A DNA stretch of 64,000 nt, taken from assembly GCA_051294905.1 (NCBI GenBank), contig CM119373.1, positions 248,001-312,000 on the forward strand. The letters run 5' to 3'. Below, in pieces: positions 1-64,000 of this stretch. Each line of letters starts with the position of its first letter. The first letter of the stretch is position 1. The translations under genes and the position numbers were made by a program. The notes under the pieces were generated by a model. That model saw only the letters and a program-made list of their open reading frames with translations. It was not told the origin of the DNA and did not search any database. This DNA comes from Botryllus schlosseri. Taxonomy: Eukaryota.

Positions 1-54798
<54,798 letters not shown>

Positions 54799-56714
54799 TC
54801 CTATCTCTTATTTCCAGAAGTTCAGTGCAAGTAGGAGATGAATACAGCAGGTAACAGAATTCTTTTCGCAATAACGTATCCTTGGCTTTCACATGTTACT
54901 GGCTGATGAATCTTTCAATAAAAATTCAATCCTCAATTGGCTTAAAATTATCACTTCAATCTGTACAGGAAGTCAATGTCATGAAACAATTGAAATAATC
55001 AAGCCGTTACGGTTATTCCCACATAAATCATCTATTGAAATGATATTCGACATGTGCGAATGATATGTTGGATTAGCCTCATTTCGAATCAGAAATTCCA
55101 GGGCGCAGTGCCCATGAGAGATGAGCACAATACAGCCTGACAATTCATGAGAATATTGTGAGAATTTAATGATTTCAAAACCCACAGGGATAAGGAAATT
55201 AGAATAGGAATCTGGGAATCAGAATTATAATGAAAATCTGTTGATGTGGTGGTTAACACATCACATCCAGCACAAAATTAACTAATATTACAAAGACACA
55301 AGAGTTATACTGAACACAGCTGTCTGTGTACTTGTCTTCGAAGCATTGAAGTTATGCTCAAGGTTCGGCATAGTATTATGCAATATGCATAGCTATCATA
55401 AAACAGTTTTAGTAAGATATTGTGTGAATTTCATGATTTCAAAACCCACCGACAGGAGATGTTCTTGTTCTATCAGGATTTAATAAGTATCACCATGGAA
55501 ATCAGTTTCAGGAGGTGCTCAACACATCATATCTAGCAGTCTAGCACACAAATAGCAAATAATAAACAGAAACTACAAGCGTTAACTGACCAATACTGTA
55601 TGCAAATCTTATGGACATTCAAGATATGATTTAAGCTTGGAGTAGAATCGTGCATAGCTTTCATAATACACCCATCAAGGAATACAAAACCAATATCATC
55701 TAAAATCCCTGTAATTACTTCTGTTTCATTGTGCAATGTGCATTATCAGCAGAAGAAATGCATAACTGGCATTGAAATTGATAGCCTGTGAAAGATACCA
55801 TAGTTCCATGATAAAGACACGGAACTTAACCTACCACAACTTTCCAAAAGATAAGAACTCAGGATGCATTTACACGGCGCGGCACTCGCATGCGTTGGCC
55901 ACACGGCAATATAGGCATATCAATGGTGATTCGAACTTGCCATAGTGTCTAATAGGCTGACTATTGACTACTAACGACGCTATAACGCTATTTTCAAACC
56001 GAAAACTGGCCTGAATCTGAACTGCACATTGTAATTCACAAACTACCTTCACTATAACATTGATATACGCCAGCGAGCCTCTGAGACTGTAGACGAGTCT
56101 GTAGTTTTGTCTCGTAGCGGGTGTCTGGATTCCAGCCGAAAGCGATTTCTGTGTTTAGCGAAGCGTGTAATTGAAAAGCTCGGTCACCAGACTTCACAAA
56201 CTACAGGATTTTCGAAATGCTCGACTACAACCAGGACTGGGACTACTCATGTTTATAAAATTGTAATTATAACTAGAACTAAAAACAAGAACCTCAAAAA
56301 TACTCAACTAATTTACTAAAACGCGACTTACTTGATTCAATTCAGAAGCAACTCATTTATTCACTTTCACCCGAATCCGATCGTCACTACAAGTTTGAAA
56401 TGGGATGGGTTTCAATTCAACCCCAAAAACCTATCTCGTGTCTACGGTACTGTCAGTAGTGATGACTCTGAGTAAGCAAAGGTTGCAAGAATATCACGCG
56501 GCCGCATACCGGTATCATGATTCACGACACCTGTTTTCTAGTTGTTGGGCGGCTATTTTTTAAAGCGTCACTTGAACTAGAACTGCTGTAGCTAGTTGAC
56601 CGCCAACTAACTATATTGGTGCTTTGTACAAGTTTCCCGGTCACCATGCATTTTGTGAACTGTGCACGAATTTCTTCCAACTTCAATAAAGTGTGATATT
56701 GTCTCCATCTATAC

Positions 56715-57030
56715 CAGTGGTTCTCAATAAACTTTTTTAGATGCGCCCCTCTTTATCATAGTGAAAAATTTCGCGCCACCTTATCGTCTGTCACAAAATG
56801 CAACCAGAATGCTAGCAGTCCCAACGGATAGTCTGATGGCATGACTGTTGATGAGATAGGCCTAATTCTCAAACATGAAACTCGGACTATACACAGAATA
56901 ATAACTACGAATTGGAGTTAAATGCCGCAAAGCGCGAAAAACTTTTCCGTTGACCGCAGCTTCGCGCCCCTCTTCAAATGCTTTCACGTCCCCCAAGGGA
57001 AGCGCGGCTCTCCTAGTTTGAGAACCACTG
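56715..57030. mobile_element. hAT MITE family C, second copy in opposite orientation
   Basis: CAGTGGTTCTCAA...TTGAGAACCACTG; perfect 8-bp TSD ATCTATAC. Confidence 0.92.
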
Positions 57031-57332
57031 ATCTATACCTCCAAAGTAAAAATCCTCTCATTTCAAGATGATAATACCCGATCAGACATTTATGCGCATA
57101 GGCTGCAATTGAGGCATTCTAGGCTCGATACGATCCTCCTTTATATCTATCAGCTTTCTATATTGGTGCTAGACGATTTTATAAGTAAATCGCTTTGTCG
57201 ATACGTGACCGGGCGGCGCTACCGGAAATTCTCATGTATGATAGCAGGAAGCGTAAACAATCTTGACCTTATCATGTATTCGAGACTATAGGTATATCCC
57301 AGAAGAGAAATATCACAAATATATTGATAAGC

Positions 57333-57510
57333 GTTCGTTCGTTCATTCATTCACTTGATTAACAATTTTAGCACTACAAAAAGCACAAGATAGCGATAGA
57401 ATTAAAATATAAGAGGGTGTCGAAACGACCTGGAGCAGACTTTAAAATCAGACACCCACCGTGGGCTATAGCCCTAGAACATGAAAATAAGAGGTATGAA
57501 CACTGACATC
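57333..57510 (-). mobile_element. Short related LINE/SINE 3' end
   Basis: Similar to 63190-63330 including the GGGTGTC..GACACCC stem; tail (TGAA)n(CGAA)n on the minus strand. Confidence 0.65.
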
Positions 57511-58199
57511 AATGTATTACCCATGAATTCTATAATTGTATATTCGCAGCCTTGTTAACTTCCTCTTTGCTTCACTGACATTCTGAGATTAACTGATCAT
57601 CTTCACGTGTTTGAGTTGGTGGGAAAAAATAGAATAGAAAACATTTCGCATTTACTCGCAATCAAATTATCGTGAGTGACAATCACCAGCAGTTTAATAG
57701 CATAATTAATTTAAATCATGCGTCATAGAAATGGCTATGAACAGTGATCACTTATCATGTACTCTCTTCAGTCACAAAATCAAGGTAAAGACTTTTTCCT
57801 CGAAATGTATCATATAGGCTAGTACTTTGGTTCGGCAAATGTTATGAAAGAAAAATATCGATGGTAAAACTCAACACAACATGGAAAAGTTATTGACAGA
57901 AATCCAAAGTGAAAAGGTAAGGATAGTTTCGCCTATAAATCTGTTAAGTAGAAGTGAAAATAGAAGTAGACTAGAACGTAACCACATAGTAAGTAGGCCT
58001 AGTACATTTGGGCGAAACCAACCAGAGTAGTGATAGTAGGCATACTGGAGAAAGAAGTTTACTATATGTTGATCACCGGTAGCTAAATACAGTCAACGCG
58101 TGTGGAGAACAGAAATCTGTATCTTTCGGTCTATGTTTTTGCTTTTGGAAATCCTTTGTGGGATTTTGAAACAAGTTCCAGACAGTGTCAATTTCACAC

Positions 58200-58700
58200 C
58201 ACACAATCATAGCAAGGCTCCTTTCTGCCGAATCGCTTTAGTGCGGAAGTCTCCGGCGGTTGGTTAGCTTATCAATATTTTTATCACTTTGAAAGCAACT
58301 CAAGATTGCTGAACAATGACAAGATATGATGACTGGGAGACAAGGGGAATAATTCTCAATCAAACATTCACCTCGGATTATATTCTTCAACGAGACATGC
58401 ACGCTGAGTGACAAATACGACCAAAATCACTATTATTAACGGGTGATGAATAATGAATACAGAATCGGGAAGACTTTTCCTCCCTCCATGAAGTGCAGGT
58501 ATTGTAGAAATCCTCCGGAATACTGAAATAGGATCGCGGAAGAAATTAAGAAGATTTCCTCATTGAACATAATAAAGCGATATGTGAACTCTTCGCGTCG
58601 TTCATATCGGCATGGCGGTATCGGTAGCGATACTTGAATACTCGAACTCTTAATGTGATATATAGAACTGGCATTTTATTCTTTTTGGTCGGTTAAAAAG
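58200..58700 (+). mobile_element. Highly decayed LINE ORF2 C-terminal fragment
   Basis: Frame-broken peptides FFNETCTL..NHYY and PEY*NRIAEEIKKISSLNIIKRYV resemble the WNxLPxEIK..SL..FK motif. Confidence 0.4.
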
Positions 58701-58776
58701 TACGTATATAAATTTTCCACATCATTCTATTCTTGAGGTATGTCATAACAAGCGATTCTTGAACACTCGACTCGAC

Positions 58777-59440
58777 CAGACTTGACAAACAACAAAGTTT
58801 GCAGCTTTACTGAAGTAGATTAGAATTAGAATTATAGCTACACATTTTTTTTCAAATTAGATTAAATTAGAACACAGTGTGTTTTTTTCAAATTAGATTA
58901 CACTTCGAATTACAACTACGTTTTGTTCCAAATTAGAGTAGCATTAGAATGATAGCTACACAGTTGTTTACAAATTCGATTAGAATTAGAATTACAACTA
59001 CGAAGTTTTGTTCCAAATTAGAGTAGCATTAGAATGATAGCTGCAGAATTATCTCCAAATTAGATTAGAATTTAAAAAAAGCTACACAGTATATTTTCAA
59101 AATTAGATTAAAATTAGCATTAATGCGACACAGTTTTTACCAAATTAGAATAGGATTAGAATTACAGAATTCGCTAAAACTTGGAAATTTAATGAGGTTC
59201 AGTTCGTATCAAGTCATAGAATAGATTAATCACATGAACATGAAAATATAAAATGTCTGTACAGCAAGCTTGGCTCGTTAGTATTAGATAGGTGTCATCT
59301 AGCATTTTCAGGAAAACAAGAAGTTAGATGAAAATTAGAATTGGAGCATAGTGCCATTTGCATTTCATAAATTAGATTACCGGCGTTTCGCTCTAATTAG
59401 TATAAATAGACATCTAGAATTATCTAATCGTCCAGGTCTG
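58777..59440. mobile_element. hAT-type MITE family F carrying an internal ~42-bp tandem array
   Basis: Ends CAGACTTG...CCAGGTCTG; flanks GACTCGAC/AACTCGAC; about 8 units of AGATTAGAATTAGAATTATAGCTACACAGTTTTTTCCAAATT at 58815-59160. Partial copies near 12480-12740, 22330-22530, 33850-34240, 37700-38240, 38620-39100, 43060-43480, 47380-47640, 60380-60580. Confidence 0.8.
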
Positions 59441-60959
59441 AACTCGACCCGGAGCCTTATACTCGCTTTTGAATCGACTTTTGCTTAGACTGGACTTCAA
59501 ACCGTTGCAGTTAATCCCACAAAATACAAGTCCATTCTCTTGTGACATTAAATTACATATCATTGATCACCCTCCAGAAGCTGTTTTGATACGCATACGT
59601 CGCTATGCCCATGTCTATAAACCCCTGCAAAAAGACAGCCAGTAGAGCTTCGCGGCACGTATTCATTTGAGAAACATTGCCTTATAGTCTTTTCTGTCCG
59701 TGGAAGACAAAAATCGACCTCAACGTGATCATATTAAAAGATAAAACTACATTTCACAGACAGGTTTGATGATTAATACGGTGCTTGATATTAGATGCAC
59801 ATCGTAACAGAATAGGCCTGCTTTATCCGTGAAAATGTACAGTTATATTGGACACAAGGGCAATCAGTTCATTTATTTACATCGTATGGGGCGTAAATGC
59901 TTACCATACGCCGTCCTTGATATCAGTCTGCTGTATTTTGTTGACGTAACGCAGCGACACTTGACGATGATGCTTTTGACATACTCTATTATATCCACAA
60001 ATTCTTTCTTTGTAGCATTTATGAGTGACACAGGTGTCCGAGACATCATAAAGCATGATGTTATTAGTAGTAACTCCCTCTAACAAAGTGAATTATATAA
60101 GGTTACTGATCGTAATGTAAAGTACGCGAGATGCGTGTTACGACTAATTCCCTTCCCCGTGGGAGTCGTTAGATTTGGTTCTAGTGAGTACTGAGTAGAC
60201 ATTTCAGGCAGACTTGGACAACTAATCAATTCTACTTAATAATTAGACTAATTTGAGCAAACTGCTTCATAGTTTAATTTGTGAGATGTGTCTGTGCTCT
60301 CAATTTAATTCGAATCTAATTTCGTGTTGTCCTGAAAACGGTACACGAACTGTATAGTACGAATAGAACCAACCTCGGTTTATACACTCACTATTTTCGT
60401 GCTTGTGTGAATGGACACTTATTTGAAACGAAATGAACCTGCTTTTGTTGTGTTTTTGTAATTCGTAATTTAATTCAATTTCCAAGTTTTTGTGAATTTT
60501 AATTTAAATATAATCCGAAAAAGCTGTGGAGATAAATTATAACTTGAATCTATTTCGTAAAAGCTGACAATTTTCTAGTTGCTTAATTCTGGTGACAGTT
60601 GTGATTTGTGGGTTCTGTGTGAAGCAAGCATGACAATCGACGGTACTTCGTCGAGATCTAACTCCACGAGGACTAAGAACGCGGCTTTACGATTGGAATG
60701 TATGAGAGAACGGGAACTCAGGAATATTGCCCTGGCTAGAAAATCCAACCTGAACTACATTGAGAGCGAGATAAGGTGAGTTTCAATGTCCCCCGAATTA
60801 GTGATCATATCAGTATTACAAATTGATTAGAAGGCCGGTATATTATCATCTTATACATGTAAGACCTATATTTCATTATTATAATACTTTAAAGCTTGGA
60901 AATCTGGTTGACTAGAGGCCTAGTAGTGGCCACTAAACTGTTTTATTACCGGGTCTGTT

Positions 60960-61365
60960 TGAGATCCTCGAAAATTTCGAGGTTTACATACGGAACAATT
61001 GTGGAACAGCATCTCGTCGGCTATCCGACAGTCGTCGAGCATGTCCGCATTCAAGTCGAAATACAAGCAATTTCTTCTAAATCAATACTAGCCAGTCTTC
61101 AGGATTACCGGACCACGACCTAACATCGACCTCACCCTCCGCCACATGCCACCTAATTTTTTCGCTTGCGTCTTATATTCTCTGCATTACTTTTCATTCT
61201 GTGTGCATGTCTCTTCTTTACTTCGCCTAGGCTAAGGTGGGTGTCTAATTTTAAAGGCTACTTCAAGTTGTTTCGACATCTTCCTATCTTTTCATTGTAT
61301 CGCAGTCTTGTGATGTTTTGAAATGATGAAAATATTAATAAACTGATTGATTGATTGATTGAAAA
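60960..61365 (+). mobile_element. 5'-truncated copy of the same LINE 3' end, with (GATT)n tail
   Basis: Near-colinear reverse complement of 63165-63570; ends CTGATTGATTGATTGATTGA. Confidence 0.85.
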
Positions 61366-62050
61366 AGCATCGGATTCAACACTTCCATTCGTACGAACTG
61401 TATGAATGGTGTTATATTCAGGCTATATTTATATATATATACCGCACATGTGAAAGTATTGTCCAATGTCTTCTAGTAATCTAGATTGGCCTTTAAGCTC
61501 TTATTATTTTGTCTCTCGCACAATGCCAAAACTAGTAAATCTGCAGGTCAACAAGAATATTTCTGTCTCGGGTCAACACGCATTGTGGGACATGCGAGAC
61601 GGCGATTGAAACAACTGGAAAAGAAAACGAAATTTTGAGGTTGTTATACTTCTCGCTTCTGTGAACTGTTTAGTTGTCTATGCAGGCCTACTTTGTAAAA
61701 TAGACTACAAACTTTTGACTTCCGCTATTTTAGCGGACGCATATATGAAACTATACCTAGTACCTACATATAGATATATGGGAAATTTAGAGATTCAGAG
61801 TACAACCAAGCGGCCGCAGAGTGTTTATTACCCTGCCTGGCCAAACATTTCGACCAACGCTCTTAACGCTAACTACAGTGACTATGCATGATTTTGATTA
61901 TAGTCAAAGGACCAATACATAGCAGTTAAACTGATGTCTCCTCGACAGTACCGCTAAAAATTTGTGACAATGGCAAAAACTACATCCGTCCAAGATTCCG
62001 TTTTACTTCGCTGAACTATCCAAGCACTACCTACTACCTAGGCGCTTTTC

Positions 62051-62592
62051 CAGGTTTGTCATGACTCGAGTCATGACTGAACTCGATGAGTCGCGATTTG
62101 TTGGTAAGCCGACTCGACTCGAGACTATAACTTGGCTAGACTCGGACGGCCAATGCAGGTGCATTTATTTCATTGTAACTTCGAAGAATAATCATTATTG
62201 GTATTTCGTCTATCCGTCCTGATAATTGGAAAATATGGTCGTAAACTGTTAGGAGTGAGATTATTTATATCTTATGAATGCGAGGCATTCAGTATCACCC
62301 AAGCCGTCGAAAATATTCGGGTTCATTTCAATAAGAATATATAGGCATACTATTCAATTGTATATTGAAGTGTTGTGCACCTCCAAGAAGCTCTCCAAGC
62401 AGAGTTGCAAAAACTCGGTTGAACATGACGGTTGCACTTGAAACTGAATAGTGAACACAGTGACTTGGACATGGACTCGACCCGTTGCTCCCGGACTTGG
62501 ACTAGGACCTGACTCGGTGGTGAATTGAAAATCACTTCACTTGACTCGTGTCAAAACCTTAAAATGAGATTGACTTTCGACTTGGAACCTTG
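62051..62592. mobile_element. MITE family B copy interrupted by a family A segment (about 62295-62395)
   Basis: Starts CAGGTTTGTCATGACTCGAGTC, ends GACTTGGAACCTTG; internal blocks colinear with 6651-7229. Confidence 0.75.
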
Positions 62593-63159
62593 TGCCGTAG
62601 TTAGGTATAGGCCTACTGTACATGTACAATATTGTACAACCCTGCATGTAGTCTGACCAGTAATGACAGACGTTGCTGGCCTGTTTCCATGAATGTTCAT
62701 ATTGTTCATTGTACAATTGTGCACGAACAAAATGAGGGTCCACTGTGCTTTTAGTTTTTTGTCAATTCCAGGACACAGCTGAGAAGCAATCCACGTATGA
62801 TTTTTGGGAATTACGACGACCTCGCTGGACTCACGGCCAAATTATTGATGGATAAATACCGTCTGCTGTTTGACATCGATTACGTCATTCACTGCCACAA
62901 CAGAAAGAGGAAATTTACTTGGCCCAACAATAGTTCATGTGTGGATTAAAAAAATATGCCAGTACTTGTTATTGTTTACGTGTTCATTTGTTTCGACTAT
63001 ACATTGTTCATTTACAACTTAATTATATAATACCTGATCTGCCTAATTTCGTCCTAGGATTTTGTAAGGCACCATCTACGCAGGCCGCAGGGTTGTGATG
63101 ACTCGAGTCGCAATTTTTCAAGGACTCGACTTGCTGCAAGTTAGTCGGTAGCTACGGAA

Positions 63160-64000
63160 TTGAAATAGGCAAATCAATCAGGCTTATTAATATTTTCATC
63201 GTCTCAAAACATCACAAGACTGCGATACAATGAAAAGATAGGAGGGTGTCGAAACAAGTTGGAGTAGCCTTTAAGATCAGACACCCACTTTAGCCTAGGC
63301 GAAGTAAATAAGAGGCATGCACAGTTGCACACTGAATGAAAAGTAATGCAGAGAATATAAGACGCAAGCGACAAAATGAGGTGGTATGTGGCGGAGGGTG
63401 ATGGTCGATGTTAGGTCGTGGTCCGGTAATCCTGAAGACTGGCTAGTATTCATTTGGAAGAAATTGCTTGTATTTCGACTTGAATGCATGACATGAATGC
63501 ATGACATGATCGACGACTGTCGGATAGCCGGCGAGATGCTGTTCCGCAATTGGGTTCCGGCATACTTGATAGAGCAATAATGCGTTTTCTTGTATTCAGT
63601 CCTGATCATATGATAGTTGTTCTGTTGTCGCGCGTGTGCTGCACTTGTGCGCTTTTGTCTCCGAGATGAAGTATAGTCGTTGAAATTTGAGGGACATTGA
63701 CCGCAATGGAACTGATACATAAACTTGCCAATTTCTAGCTTCCTCATATCTTCTAAGCTTAGAAAACCAAATCTTTTGAGAACCGATCTATCAGTTGCAC
63801 ATCCAGGCCCCCGCGGGGCTTTGGCAATGATACGGATGATCCTATGTTGAAGTTTTTGCAGTGGGTCAATTGTATCCTTGCAGGCAGCACCCCAACAAAG
63901 AGTTCCGTATTGTAACTTTGATATGAATAGAGAGTTGAAGACTATCAACAGCACGCTGACTGGCAGAGTGTAGCTAAGGCGGCGAAATAGACCCCATATA
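63160..64000 (-). mobile_element. Non-LTR retrotransposon (CR1/L2-group) RT C-terminal region and 3' UTR
   Basis: ORF 63295-63954: FNSLFISKLQYGTLCWG..LQKLQHRIIRII..SIKYAGTQLRNSI, typical post-RT segment of LINE ORF2. Confidence 0.85.

Overview
AT-rich animal (invertebrate-type) genomic DNA. It is dominated by one minus-strand Notch receptor gene that I could rebuild by hand from the ATG at 54798 to the first ankyrin repeat at the left window edge. The model has 37 coding exons, all with GT-AG introns and phase-compatible junctions, giving about 1688 codons in the window. Domain order: signal peptide, a 4-Cys module, 32 EGF repeats, 3 LNR, HD with furin sites, TM, RAM, start of ANK; the rest of the gene lies off the window. 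The receptor departs from the canonical 36-EGF Notch. It has fewer EGFs, an IWKP instead of a hydrophobic-W-hydrophobic-P RAM motif, and a TM helix split by an intron whose read-through gives an alternative hydrophobic stop tail. An 18-kb CpG-rich intron cuts one EGF in half. Introns and flanks hold many non-autonomous hAT-type MITEs (several with clear TIRs and 8-bp TSDs, two families carrying homologous minisatellites), a palindromic MITE family, a decayed pogo element and CR1/L2-clade LINE fragments. No rRNA, tRNA or CRISPR is supportable. All coordinates were read by eye; exon boundaries were checked for frame, but repeat boundaries without TSDs are approximate.
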